Assembly: GCA_903922075.1 (NCBI GenBank)
Contig: CAIXSK010000006.1
Coordinates: 1-51,680 of the forward strand
Direction of reading: 5' to 3'
Length of the DNA: 51,680 nt
DNA from: an uncultured beta proteobacterium
GTDB taxonomy: Bacteria > Pseudomonadota > Gammaproteobacteria > Burkholderiales > Rhodocyclaceae
Shown in pieces: positions 33,861-43,407 of this stretch. Position 1 is the first letter of the stretch. Each line of letters opens with the position of its first letter. The notes under the pieces were generated by a model. It saw only the letters and a list, made by a program, of their open reading frames with translations. It was not told the DNA's origin and made no database searches. A program made the translations under genes and the position numbers.

Positions 33861-34823
33861 TCAGCGGCCTGCGTGGAAGCGGAAGCTGTCGAGCTTGCCC
33901 TTCGGCGTGTTGAGCGCGATGTAGGTCGGGGCAATCGCCTCGAGTGCGGTCGGTCGCCAGTTAGCCGGTGCATTCCACGGGCCTTCGCAGACGCTGTCGA
34001 CTTCCATGGAGCGCAGGTTGTCCGGGGACAGCATCGGTTGCGGCGCCAGCCACATCAGGCCGGCCTGCAGGTAGGCCCAGCCTTCGGACAGCGCCACGAC
34101 GGAGGCAGTGCTGCCGGTCAGTTCCTTGGCGTAATCGACCAGTTCGCGCAGCGTGTAGATCTTCGGGCCGACCAGTTCGTAGGCCTGGCCAAAGGTGGCG
34201 GCATCGCCCAGGCAATCGACGAAGGCATCGGCCACGTCGGCTGCCCAAACGGGTTGGAAGCGCGCATGGCCGTAGCCGAGCGGGAAGAATGGCAGCTTCT
34301 TCAGGACCTTGGCGAAGGTGGATAGGAAGGAGTCGCCCAGACCAAAAATCACCGACGGGCGGAAAACCGTGACGTCCAGTTCATTCCTGGCGCCGAGCAC
34401 GACCGCTTCGCCGTCGCCCTTGGAGCGCAGGTATTCGGAAGGCCCCTTGGGATCAGCGTTCAATGCGCTCATGTGCACCAGGCGGCGGACGCCGGTGGCC
34501 TTGCAGGCGGCAATGATCTTCTTGGGTAGCTCGACGTGGGCCTGGGCAAAGTCCTTGCTGTACGGCAGAACGACGTCGCGGCTGTGCAGGATGCCAACCA
34601 GGTTGATTACGGCGTCGTGGCCGCGCATCAGTTCGGTCAGCGTCTTTTCGCAGTTGATGTCGGCTTCCGGCATTTCGACGCCCGGCTGCATGATCAATGC
34701 TTTGGTCCGTTCGCGGCGACGCGTCGGAACAGTGACTTCGATACCGCGCTGCGACAGGCGATTGGTGATGTAGGTACCGACGAAACCGCTACCCCCCAGC
34801 AGCAAGACCTTCTTGATGTCCAT
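33861..34823 (-). CDS. NDUFA9-like NAD(P)-binding SDR/epimerase
   Basis: GGSGFVG, INLVGIL, YLRSKGDGE, FRPSVIFG, FQPV. Confidence 0.9.
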   Translation of the reverse strand: MDIKKVLLLGGSGFVGTYITNRLSQRGIEVTVPTRRRERTKALIMQPGVEMPEADINCEKTLTELMRGHDAVINLVGILHSRDVVLPYSKDFAQAHVELPKKIIAACKATGVRRLVHMSALNADPKGPSEYLRSKGDGEAVVLGARNELDVTVFRPSVIFGLGDSFLSTFAKVLKKLPFFPLGYGHARFQPVWAADVADAFVDCLGDAATFGQAYELVGPKIYTLRELVDYAKELTGSTASVVALSEGWAYLQAGLMWLAPQPMLSPDNLRSMEVDSVCEGPWNAPANWRPTALEAIAPTYIALNTPKGKLDSFRFHAGR

Positions 34824-34919
34824 TTGGAACCCCGGAAACTTGATTCGTAAAACCTGGATTTTAAGGCAATTTGACGAAATTCGGGCGGGCCGACGGCCGA
34901 TCCTGGCTATTCTGTGGTT

Positions 34920-37004
34920 TCAGGACGTGGCGGAATTTCTAAGCGCGCGGCTGGCGGCGTCGTCGAACAATGATGCGGCAGTGAGGTTGCGAGCTTCTCC
35001 CGAGCGCAAGCGGCGGTCGAGTATGGCCGGATGGATAGCCAGGGCAAGGCCGAGATCCGGATTGAGCAGCATGGCTCGCCGGGTGCCCGGGCTGATATAG
35101 CTGAGCCGAGCAGACAGTGGCTTGCCGGCGTCGATCTGTAGTTCGAGCCAATCGCCGATGGCGGCTGGAAGCGCAGGCGCGGGGGACGACTGAAAGTCGG
35201 GTAAATCCAGCGTCGTCATGGTGAGTTCGCCGATCTGCACACGGCCGGTAATCGGTGTCCCCTCCTTTTTGTGCAGGCCGACCGGGGCGAGTGCGGGCAG
35301 CGTACCGTCGTCTGCCGAGTTGGGCGTGGCGCGAAGCGCCTGGGTCTGCAGCGTGAAGCAGTCATCGAGGAAGGCATCCTGCGCTTGCGCGGGCAAGCCG
35401 ACTTGCTCCATGCCCGTCTTGAGCAGCTTCAGGATGACTGGCAGGCGTCGAGCCAGGGTCTTGCGCTCTTCGGGATCGGTCTTGGGCTGGAAAGTCCACA
35501 ACAGATCGTCGATGGCGCTAACGTGCGCCTCCCACTGGCTGCTCTCCGGCCCATGGTCGAGCCAGACTTGCTGCAGCACCTTGCACCACGACGCATTGAG
35601 AAAGTTCCGGATGGTCAGCGGCGGGTTGCGTTCGATGACTCGGTCAACAGCGTTCCTGGCCGCGATGCCCGCTTCGTCGCCCCGGTCCACCTGACGCAAT
35701 AGCGGCAGGTAAGGCTCCACGGCAGCTGACAGGTCTTCATTGCGGCGGGCGATCAGGGCGTCCAGTTTGGCCAGCGCGTCGGTGAAAGCGGCATTGGAAA
35801 TATTCTGTTCGCCGCGCAATTGGCCGGCAACCTCGAACAGACCGGCGCAGACCGGGTGACGGGCCGGGACATCGGCTGGCAAGCCGAGAACTGCCTGCCC
35901 CATGCGGTCGATGACTTGGCGGGCCGGATGGCGGCTATCGGTGAACAGCGTTGCATCCCTCATCGCCACTTTCAGCAAGGTGATCTGCAGGCTGGAAATC
36001 GTGGCTTTCAGGGCGTCGGGGAGCGTCGGATCGTTGAAGATCGCTTCGAAAATCATGGCCAGCGTATCGATGGCCAGGCCCTCGCCAGCCGTGGCGGGAA
36101 TGCCGAGTTGGGCCGATTTCAGGATCTTGGGTGCCGCGTTGCCGATGGCATCGGCGGCGAACAGCTCGGGAATCAGGCTTTCGTTCGACGGCGTCGTGCC
36201 GGGTCGAAAGTCCTGGCGGAACGTTCCCTGGCGGTCGAGTTCGTTGAGTCTGAAAAGCAGGCGTTCCAGCGTTGCCTGACTGAGCAGCGAGGCGGCTGCC
36301 CCACTGCCGTCCGCGGCCTCCGGCATCGTTGCAGCGGCAGGGGGAGCAACGGGCAAGCGGGTGAGCAACGATTGCTGCAACGCGAGCAGAGCGTTTTCGG
36401 TGTTCTGCGGCCGTCGCCCGGCTGGCGGATTTTCCTGGGTGCTGACGATGCTTGGCTGGGCGGTCTCGACGCCGCCGCGATCAAGAAAATCGTTGATTTC
36501 GGCGTAGAGCGCCGGCAGGTTCTGCGCCAGGCAGCCTTCGATGCGATCGAGCAGGGCAAGCTTCTGCTCGATGCTGCTCGCGCCGGAAGCGGTAAACATG
36601 GCTTGCAGTCCCTGGCTGATCCCCTTCGGACCGACCGGGTTGTCGGATTTCGGCAAGTCCGGGCGGCGGAGCAGGCTGACGAAGCGCAGATGGATTTTCC
36701 ACAGCCCGCCGCCGGTGGCTTCGAACAGCTTGGCGCTGAGGTTGTCGAGACGGATGCCAAGCTCCATGTCGTCTTCGCCGACCAGCGTGATGCGCGAAGA
36801 GGTCAGTCCGTGGGCTTCCTCGGCGAAACCGCCGCGGCGACTGGTGGACACCATTTCATCGAAATAAGCGCCGGCGCCCTCCTGGATGGCGCGGATCGCA
36901 TTGCCTGAAACCAGTCTGCTGTCCTGCAGCAGCGCGCCCAGGTGGCGAAGGAACAACGCCCGGCAATTGCTGAGGATTTGGAAGGAGTCGGACTGGATGG
37001 CCAT
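34920..37004 (-). CDS. DUF1631-like helical protein
   Basis: IFEAIFND, LQITLLKVA, HPARQVID, W..VL, DLLW segments recalled from this family. Confidence 0.7.
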   Translation of the reverse strand: MAIQSDSFQILSNCRALFLRHLGALLQDSRLVSGNAIRAIQEGAGAYFDEMVSTSRRGGFAEEAHGLTSSRITLVGEDDMELGIRLDNLSAKLFEATGGGLWKIHLRFVSLLRRPDLPKSDNPVGPKGISQGLQAMFTASGASSIEQKLALLDRIEGCLAQNLPALYAEINDFLDRGGVETAQPSIVSTQENPPAGRRPQNTENALLALQQSLLTRLPVAPPAAATMPEAADGSGAAASLLSQATLERLLFRLNELDRQGTFRQDFRPGTTPSNESLIPELFAADAIGNAAPKILKSAQLGIPATAGEGLAIDTLAMIFEAIFNDPTLPDALKATISSLQITLLKVAMRDATLFTDSRHPARQVIDRMGQAVLGLPADVPARHPVCAGLFEVAGQLRGEQNISNAAFTDALAKLDALIARRNEDLSAAVEPYLPLLRQVDRGDEAGIAARNAVDRVIERNPPLTIRNFLNASWCKVLQQVWLDHGPESSQWEAHVSAIDDLLWTFQPKTDPEERKTLARRLPVILKLLKTGMEQVGLPAQAQDAFLDDCFTLQTQALRATPNSADDGTLPALAPVGLHKKEGTPITGRVQIGELTMTTLDLPDFQSSPAPALPAAIGDWLELQIDAGKPLSARLSYISPGTRRAMLLNPDLGLALAIHPAILDRRLRSGEARNLTAASLFDDAASRALRNSATS

Positions 37005-37013
37005 GGCGGGATT

Positions 37014-38945
37014 TTAGGGCAGGTCGGCGTCTTTCGGTGCATCCGATGTCTTCGGCCCGATCGTGCCGAGGCGGGCTTTCAGCGAATCAGGTTTGCTGTT
37101 GAACAGCGCGGAGTAATAGACCGCGTTGCTCATCACTTTCTTGACGTAATCGCGCGTCTCGCTGAACGGGATCGATTCGGCGTAGATGGCACCCTCAAGG
37201 GCCTGGTCTGCCCGCCATTTCTTGGCCCGGCCGGGGCCGGCGTTGTAGGCGGCGGAGGCCAGCACCGGGTGGTTGTCGAGGTTTTCCATGACCAGGCGCA
37301 TGTAGCTGGTGCCGAGCAGGACGTTGGTTTCGGTGTCGTTGACCTGGCTGTGGCTGAAGCCGCGCAGGCCGATCTTGCGGGCGACCCATTTGGCGGTGGC
37401 CGGCATCAACTGCATCAGGCCGGAGGCGCCGACGTTGGATTTGGCGCTGGTGATGAAGCGGCTCTCTTGGCGCATCAGGCCGTACACCCAGGCATCGTCC
37501 AGCGACTGGTTCTGGGCGGCCGGGCGCACCGTTTCGCCGTAGGGGGCGAGGAAGCGCAGGGTGAAATCGTGTTCGTTCTTGGTCCGGTCGGCGGTGTTGA
37601 TGGCGCGGTCCCAGATCTGGTTGCGCTTGGCGAGGTTGGCGGCGGCCAGCAGTTCGCGGTCGTCCATGCCGCGCAGCGCCCAGTTCCATTCCTTGACCGC
37701 CTCGGTGCGCAGGTCTAGCCGGAAGAAGGCCAGCGCGCGGCGGATGCCCGGGTTGTCCTGGGCGGCTTTTTGTTCGTCGGCGGTGGTTGCCGCGGCCTTG
37801 GGCGGCGGCAGGACGGTGCGTCCCAGTTCCTCGTCGGCCAGGTTGCCGTAGAAATGGGTCTGTCCGGCGATTTTCCCGAACAGCGCGTCGGCGTCGGTGG
37901 TGCGGCCGCCGGCCTTCAGGGCGCGGCCCAGCCAGTAGGTCCATTCCGGCAGCGCGGCCAGGGTCGGTGGCATGGCCTGGATGGTGTCGCGGACAACGCC
38001 CCACTCCTGGGCGCGCAGGGCGGCGCGGACTTTCCATTGGGCGGCCTCGTCGGAGAGCGGGGTCTTGCCGGCGTTGGCATACCAGCCGACCGTTTCGGCC
38101 ATGTGCTTCTTGGCGGCCTGCAGGGCGATCTGGCTCCAGGCCCACTGGCGCTCGGAATCCTGCAGCTTGCCCTTGATCTTTTCCAGTTCGTCGGCGGCGA
38201 TGCGCGGGTCGTTGGTGGCCAGGCGCTGGATGGCGAAGGTGGCCAGTTCGCGCCCGGCCCGGCTGGTGTGCCAGTTGGCCGGCTGGCGGACGAGGTGGCT
38301 CATCGCGCTGTTGGTCGCACTGTCGAGCGCCTTGCCGTCGGGCATCTGGCTGTCCGGCAGATAGTTGAGCGTGGTTTTCGTCCAGCCCGGGCGGTTGGCT
38401 TCGAGTTGGCGGCGGGCACGCGCCCAGACGTCGTCGATGCTCAGGCGCTGGCTGGCGACCAGGGCTTCGAGGATCGGCCGGCAGGCTTCCGGCGGTTCGA
38501 GTATGGTCAGCCAGAGTTTTTCGGCTTCGACCAGCACGCTGCGGTCGTCGCGGGCGAGGCGGGCCTGCTGGCTGAGGCAGACGATATCGGGCTCGGGAGC
38601 GAGCATTTTGGCGAATTCGGCGTCCACTTCGTTCCAAGTGGAACGTTTGGCCAGCCAGCGTATCCAGTCGGCCCGCAGTTTTTCGGCGACGTAGCTGCCG
38701 TCGTGGCGCTGCAGGAAGTCGCGCAGGCCGGCTGAATCGCCGCGGTCCATCCACATGCGCAGGCGGTAGCTATCGACGTAGGGAGCCAGTTCATGGTGGC
38801 CGAGCTGGCTGGCGGCGCGTTCCAGCTTGTCGATGTGGCCGGCCCGGAAGGCGTCGCGGGCGGTTAGGAAGGCCGTGTCGTTGCCGTTCTGGGCGAACAG
38901 CGGAAACGAAAGCGCAAGGCCGATGAGGAGGACGCGAAACTTCAT
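37014..38945 (-). CDS. slt: Soluble lytic murein transglycosylase (Slt70-like)
   Basis: Signal peptide; MRQESRF, GASGLMQLMPATA, AYNAGPG, ETRDYVKKV. Confidence 0.93.
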   Translation of the reverse strand: MKFRVLLIGLALSFPLFAQNGNDTAFLTARDAFRAGHIDKLERAASQLGHHELAPYVDSYRLRMWMDRGDSAGLRDFLQRHDGSYVAEKLRADWIRWLAKRSTWNEVDAEFAKMLAPEPDIVCLSQQARLARDDRSVLVEAEKLWLTILEPPEACRPILEALVASQRLSIDDVWARARRQLEANRPGWTKTTLNYLPDSQMPDGKALDSATNSAMSHLVRQPANWHTSRAGRELATFAIQRLATNDPRIAADELEKIKGKLQDSERQWAWSQIALQAAKKHMAETVGWYANAGKTPLSDEAAQWKVRAALRAQEWGVVRDTIQAMPPTLAALPEWTYWLGRALKAGGRTTDADALFGKIAGQTHFYGNLADEELGRTVLPPPKAAATTADEQKAAQDNPGIRRALAFFRLDLRTEAVKEWNWALRGMDDRELLAAANLAKRNQIWDRAINTADRTKNEHDFTLRFLAPYGETVRPAAQNQSLDDAWVYGLMRQESRFITSAKSNVGASGLMQLMPATAKWVARKIGLRGFSHSQVNDTETNVLLGTSYMRLVMENLDNHPVLASAAYNAGPGRAKKWRADQALEGAIYAESIPFSETRDYVKKVMSNAVYYSALFNSKPDSLKARLGTIGPKTSDAPKDADLP

Positions 38946-38959
38946 GCTAGATTTGGACC

Positions 38960-39538
38960 ATGGTGGAACCGAACGAGGATAACACGGCCTGGCGCCGGGC
39001 ATTGCGGCGCGAGATGGTGGCGCGGCGGGCGGCATTGAGCGATGCCGACCACGCCGGCCTGTCGGCGCGCATCGTCGAGCAGTTGTTGGCTGCTTTGCCG
39101 CTGCCCGGTGTGGTCGCCTTTTGCTGGCCGATCAAGCATGAGCCGGATGTCCGGGCGGTCGTCGAGAGCTGGGCGGCACTGGGTGCCCGGGCGGCCCTGC
39201 CGGTTGTGGTGGCCGAGGAGGCGCCGCTGGCTTTCCGGCTGTGGACAGCCGACACGCCACTGGCGCCGGATCGCTACGGCATACCGACCCCGACCGCCGG
39301 CGATTTTGTGCAGCCGGACACGATCCTGTTGCCGCTCAACGGTTTCGACGCGGCCGGCTATCGGCTGGGCTATGGCGGCGGCTATTTCGACCGCACGCTG
39401 GCGGCGTTCTCCCCTCGCCCACTGGCCGTCGGGGTCGGTTTTGAAGTCAACCGCCTGGACAGCATCCGGCCGGAAAGCCACGATCAGCGGCTGGACTGGA
39501 TCGTCACCGAGGCGGGGGCGGTCAGGTCCTTGCCGTAG
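38960..39538 (+). CDS. 5-formyltetrahydrofolate cyclo-ligase
   Basis: WPIKHEPD, GYRLGYGGGYFDRTL, HDQRLDWIVTE. Confidence 0.93.
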   Translation: MVEPNEDNTAWRRALRREMVARRAALSDADHAGLSARIVEQLLAALPLPGVVAFCWPIKHEPDVRAVVESWAALGARAALPVVVAEEAPLAFRLWTADTPLAPDRYGIPTPTAGDFVQPDTILLPLNGFDAAGYRLGYGGGYFDRTLAAFSPRPLAVGVGFEVNRLDSIRPESHDQRLDWIVTEAGAVRSLP

Positions 39539-39623
39539 CAGGCCGGCTGAGCCGATTCCAGATGGGTGCCGCTGCTCTTTCCTGAGCCCAATTTTTGCCC
39601 TGTCGGTGGTTGCTTCTTGCAAT

Positions 39624-39637
39624 CTACCAACTGGTAG
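39624..39637. promoter_or_regulatory. Palindromic operator, candidate TetR site
   Basis: CTACCA-AC-TGGTAG directly before a TAGAAT -10-like hexamer, about 90 bp upstream of a TetR-containing operon. Confidence 0.55.
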
Positions 39638-39727
39638 GTAGAATTGTGCGGCCTGAATCCCTCCATCCGCGACCACGGTCCCGGTCGTCCACCGAGGGGG
39701 AGTGGCTACGACAAAGGAGGAGTTGCG

Positions 39728-40495
39728 ATGAGATTTGCCCGATGGATTGCCGGCGTCGCCGCCGGATTGGTGCTGGCAGTGCCGGCCTGGGCTGCCCCCC
39801 CGGCCAAGGATCCGCTGGCGTCGCCGCGCTGGGGTGACATGGAAAAAATCTTTCTGGCCGGCGAGCGTTACGAGTTTGACGATCGCGTCAAGGTCCTGGC
39901 CCCGGCGCAGAGCGAGAACCCGATGCAGGTACCGGTGACCGTTGACGCCACGGCATTGCCGGATGTCCGGGAAGTGATGGTTTTTGCCGATTTCAACCCG
40001 ATCCTGGAAATTCTGCGTTTCTATCCCGAGAGCGCCAGTCCTTATCTCGGCTTTCGCGTCAAGCTGCAGCAGTCTTCGCCGGTGCGGGCTGCCGCACGGA
40101 CCGGCGATGGCGTCTGGCACCTGGGCGGCGTCATCGTCAATACGGTGGGCGGCGGGTGTACCGCACCGTCGGCTGGATCGGCGTCACCCGAGTGGCAAAA
40201 GCGCCTGAACGAAGTCAGCGCGCGGAGCTGGAACGAGGGGCCGATGTCCGGTCGCCTCCGTTTGCGCGTCATCCATCCGATGGATACCGGGCTGGTCGCC
40301 GGCATTCCGGCCTTTCACCTCGAGTCTTTGATGCTCAAGGATGACGCCGGCACGCCGCTGATGCGCCTGACCCTTTCCCAGCCGGTCAGCGAAAACCCTG
40401 TCTTCACGCTGCACCGTGGCCGGAGTGCAGGCAGCGTCGAGGTGTCGGGACGGGATAACAACGGCAATACCTTCGATGTGCGGGTGGCACCATGA
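39728..40495 (+). CDS. Fused SoxYZ-like carrier (quinoprotein dehydrogenase-associated type)
   Basis: Signal peptide; ENPMQVPV, VGGGCTAP, HPMDTGL, VSENP. Confidence 0.88.
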   Translation: MRFARWIAGVAAGLVLAVPAWAAPPAKDPLASPRWGDMEKIFLAGERYEFDDRVKVLAPAQSENPMQVPVTVDATALPDVREVMVFADFNPILEILRFYPESASPYLGFRVKLQQSSPVRAAARTGDGVWHLGGVIVNTVGGGCTAPSAGSASPEWQKRLNEVSARSWNEGPMSGRLRLRVIHPMDTGLVAGIPAFHLESLMLKDDAGTPLMRLTLSQPVSENPVFTLHRGRSAGSVEVSGRDNNGNTFDVRVAP

Positions 40496-41430
40496 AGAAA
40501 CTACTCTGTGCGGCGCTGGCGTGGGTGGCTGTTGCTGCCCACGGTGCCGAATTCGACTACCGGCTGACGCCCAGGGCGGTGGCGCCCGATGTCTATGTGT
40601 TCGTCGGCAAAACCGAGGATTTCGATACCGTCAATGGCGGCAACATCGTCAATACCGGCTTTATCGTTGGCCCCGAGGGCGTCGTGGTGATCGATACCGG
40701 GCCTTCACGGCGCTACGGCCAGCAAATGCGCGAGGCGATCCGCCAGGTGACGGACAAGCCGGTGGCGCTGGTCATCAACACCCACCACCATCCCGACCAT
40801 TTCCTCGGCAACCAGGCCTTCGCCGATGCCCCGATCGGGGCGCTGGCCGATGTGCAAAAAGGCATCGCCGGCGACGGCAACGCCTTTGCCGAAAACCTGT
40901 TCCGGATGAGCGGCGACTGGATGAAAGGCACCGAGGTGGTGGTGCCGACGCGCGTCCTGCAGGCCGGGCCGTTGACCGTGGCCGGCCGCCCGTTGCGTCT
41001 GCTGGCGCTGGACGGCCACACGGCGGCCGACCTGGCGGTGCTGGACGAAACCAGCCATGTCCTGTTTACCGGCGACCTGGTCTTCAACGACCGGGCACCG
41101 ACCACGCCGCATGCCCAGATCCCCCGCTGGCTGGCCGCCCTGGATAGCCTCGATCACCTGATGGCCGACGCCGGCGTCAAGATGCTGGTGCCCGGCCATG
41201 GGGCGGTGACCCAGGATGCCGCCCCGATCGTCCGTACCCGTGGCTGGCTCGTGTGGTTGTCGGAAACCTTCACGCACAGCGCCGCCCAGGGCCTGGATAT
41301 GACCGAGCTGTTTGCCCTGCCCCTGCCGGAACGCTTCCGCGCCCTGCCCCTGGCCGGTTCGGAGTACCGTCGCTCGGTGGTGCATCTTTTCCCGGGCATC
41401 GAGGCGGAAGCCCTTGGTCACGCCCATTGA
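40492..41430 (+). CDS. Periplasmic MBL-fold metallohydrolase (SoxH-like, quinoprotein relay type)
   Basis: NGGNIVN, IDTG, THHHPDHFLGN, GHT, GDL, VPGHG. Confidence 0.88.
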   Translation: MKKLLCAALAWVAVAAHGAEFDYRLTPRAVAPDVYVFVGKTEDFDTVNGGNIVNTGFIVGPEGVVVIDTGPSRRYGQQMREAIRQVTDKPVALVINTHHHPDHFLGNQAFADAPIGALADVQKGIAGDGNAFAENLFRMSGDWMKGTEVVVPTRVLQAGPLTVAGRPLRLLALDGHTAADLAVLDETSHVLFTGDLVFNDRAPTTPHAQIPRWLAALDSLDHLMADAGVKMLVPGHGAVTQDAAPIVRTRGWLVWLSETFTHSAAQGLDMTELFALPLPERFRALPLAGSEYRRSVVHLFPGIEAEALGHAH

Positions 41431-41486
41431 GCCAGCCGGGCGGCGATGCGCTTGGGGTCGGGTATGGCCGGTGATAGGCTAGGCAG

Positions 41487-42059
41487 ATGAGCACCCCTAC
41501 CCGTACCCAGCTGGTCGCCGAAGCCGAGGAACTGATGCGCCGCGTCGGTTACTCGGCCTTCAGCTATGCCCATCTGACCGAGAAGATCGGCATTCGCAAG
41601 GCCAGCATCCACTACCACTTTCCGACCAAGCAGGCGCTGGCCGAGGCCGTGGTTGACGTGGCGATGGCCCGCTTCGTCGAGGCGCTGGCCGCCATCGAGG
41701 GCGGCGAGACGGCCGCCGCCGCCCGCCTCGATGCCTACAGCCAATTGTTTCTGCTCGGCGTCGAAGACAACCTGCGCCCGCTGTGCTGCGCCTTGTCGGC
41801 CGAACTGGGCGTGCTGCCGGAGGCCATCCAGGAAAAGACCCGTCGCTACTTCGACCTCCATCTCGATTGGCTGACCCGGGTGATCGATGCCGGCCGGACG
41901 GCCGGCGAGTTGCATTGGCCGGGCGAAGCGCGCGATTTGGCGGTGCTGCTGCTGACCACGCTCGAAGGCGGCAGCCTGGTCGCCCGCGCCCAGCAGGCCG
42001 CCGGGCTGGTGCGGGCCGGCTTTGTGCAAGTGATGACGCAAATCCGGACGCCGGCATGA
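41487..42059 (+). CDS. TetR/AcrR-family regulator
   Basis: GYSAFSY, GIRKASIHYHFPTK HTH; LCC motif. Confidence 0.92.
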   Translation: MSTPTRTQLVAEAEELMRRVGYSAFSYAHLTEKIGIRKASIHYHFPTKQALAEAVVDVAMARFVEALAAIEGGETAAAARLDAYSQLFLLGVEDNLRPLCCALSAELGVLPEAIQEKTRRYFDLHLDWLTRVIDAGRTAGELHWPGEARDLAVLLLTTLEGGSLVARAQQAAGLVRAGFVQVMTQIRTPA

Positions 42060-42598
42060 AGGGCACCCGCCTTGCCTTCGCGGTCGGCGCCCTGGTGCTG
42101 GCCAGTGCCGGCCAGGCTGGCGAGGGCGAATGGTCCCACCAGGGCCAGCATGCCGGCGTGACGCTGGGGGTCATGCCGCTGACCGCGCAATGGCGCAGCG
42201 CTTTTTACGTCAATCGCGGCTTTGCCGCGGATGTCATCAAGCCCTACGCTGCTGCTTGCGGCCTGTCCTTTGGCCTGCGCAACGCGGGCGAGGCGCCGGT
42301 CGACGCCCGTTTGGCCGACTGGCGCGCCGTCGGTGCCGACGGCCAGAGCATCCCCCTGCGCCTGCCGGAAACCTGGGAAGCGCAGTGGGCCGCGGCCGGC
42401 GTGCCGGAGCCGGCCCGGATTGCCTTTCGCTGGGCGCAGTTCCAGAGCGAGAGCCATTTCGAGCCGGGCGACTGGATCATGGGCATGGCGACCCTGAGTG
42501 CCGTGCCGGCCGCCCCTTTTCGTCTGATTGCCCGTTACCGCGATGCCGGGGGGGAACATGAAATCGTCGTCGACAAGCTTGCCTGTGCCGCCCACTGA
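42056..42598 (+). CDS. Exported hypothetical protein
   Basis: ATGA overlap with tetR; signal peptide MKGTRLAFAVGALVLA. Confidence 0.7.
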   Translation: MKGTRLAFAVGALVLASAGQAGEGEWSHQGQHAGVTLGVMPLTAQWRSAFYVNRGFAADVIKPYAAACGLSFGLRNAGEAPVDARLADWRAVGADGQSIPLRLPETWEAQWAAAGVPEPARIAFRWAQFQSESHFEPGDWIMGMATLSAVPAAPFRLIARYRDAGGEHEIVVDKLACAAH

Positions 42599-43112
42599 GC
42601 GCCGGCGCGTGCTGGCAGCCCTGGGCGGATTGGCCGCGCTCGCCGCCTGGCCCCGGTTCGGCCTGGCCCAGGGCCGTGGCATGAGCGCCGTGGCCGGCAG
42701 CCCGCCGGCGCCGCCGCTGCGCCTGCCCGACGCCGACGGCAAGCCGGTCGATCTGGCCGCTTACCGGGGCAAGGTGGTGCTGGTCAATTTCTGGGCGACC
42801 TGGTGCCCGCCCTGCCGCCAGGAACTGCCCTCGCTCAGCCGCCTGAAAAAAAAGCTGAGCGGCGAGGCCTTCGAGATCCTCTCGGTCAATATCGGCGAAG
42901 ACGTCGATACCGTGTTCGACTTTGCCGGCAACCCGGCTTATCCGATGCTCTTCGACCACGATTCGACGGCTATGGCCACCTGGCCGGTCAAGGGCGTGCC
43001 GACTACCCTGCTGGTCGACCGCCAGGGCCGTCTCGCCTACCGGGCGGTGGGCGGTCGCGAGTTCGACGATGCGGACGTGGTGGGGCTGATCCGGCAGTTG
43101 CTCAAGGCCTGA
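42585..43112 (+). CDS. TlpA-family thiol:disulfide reductase (start uncertain)
   Basis: Tat-like ERRRVL; VNFWATWCPPCRQELP; GVPTT. Confidence 0.9.
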   Translation: MPPTERRRVLAALGGLAALAAWPRFGLAQGRGMSAVAGSPPAPPLRLPDADGKPVDLAAYRGKVVLVNFWATWCPPCRQELPSLSRLKKKLSGEAFEILSVNIGEDVDTVFDFAGNPAYPMLFDHDSTAMATWPVKGVPTTLLVDRQGRLAYRAVGGREFDDADVVGLIRQLLKA

Positions 43113-43122
43113 GCGGCTGTCG

Positions 43123-43407
43123 TCAACGTGGCCCGGCTTCGCGGCTGAGGCCGACGATGCCTAGGGCAAGCAGGGTCGAGACGATGGCGGCGAGCGCTGC
43201 CCGCAGCAGGTCGTAGAGGCCGGTGGAACTGGTCAGCTCCAGCGTGAATCCATGGTGCAGGGCGAGCAGGCTGGAGGCGATGGTCAGCGCCAGCCAGGCC
43301 CGCCGGTAGGGCGGGCGCAGGGTGATCCGCAGCGCGGCCAGGGTGGCGAGGGTTTGCGCCACGATGGCGAAACAGAGGCAAAGCACGGTCAGGACATAGG
43401 CGCTCAT
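43123..43407 (-). CDS. Small 3-TM membrane protein
   Basis: ATG overlaps the patB stop; hydrophobic ORF. Confidence 0.65.
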   Translation of the reverse strand: MSAYVLTVLCLCFAIVAQTLATLAALRITLRPPYRRAWLALTIASSLLALHHGFTLELTSSTGLYDLLRAALAAIVSTLLALGIVGLSREAGPR

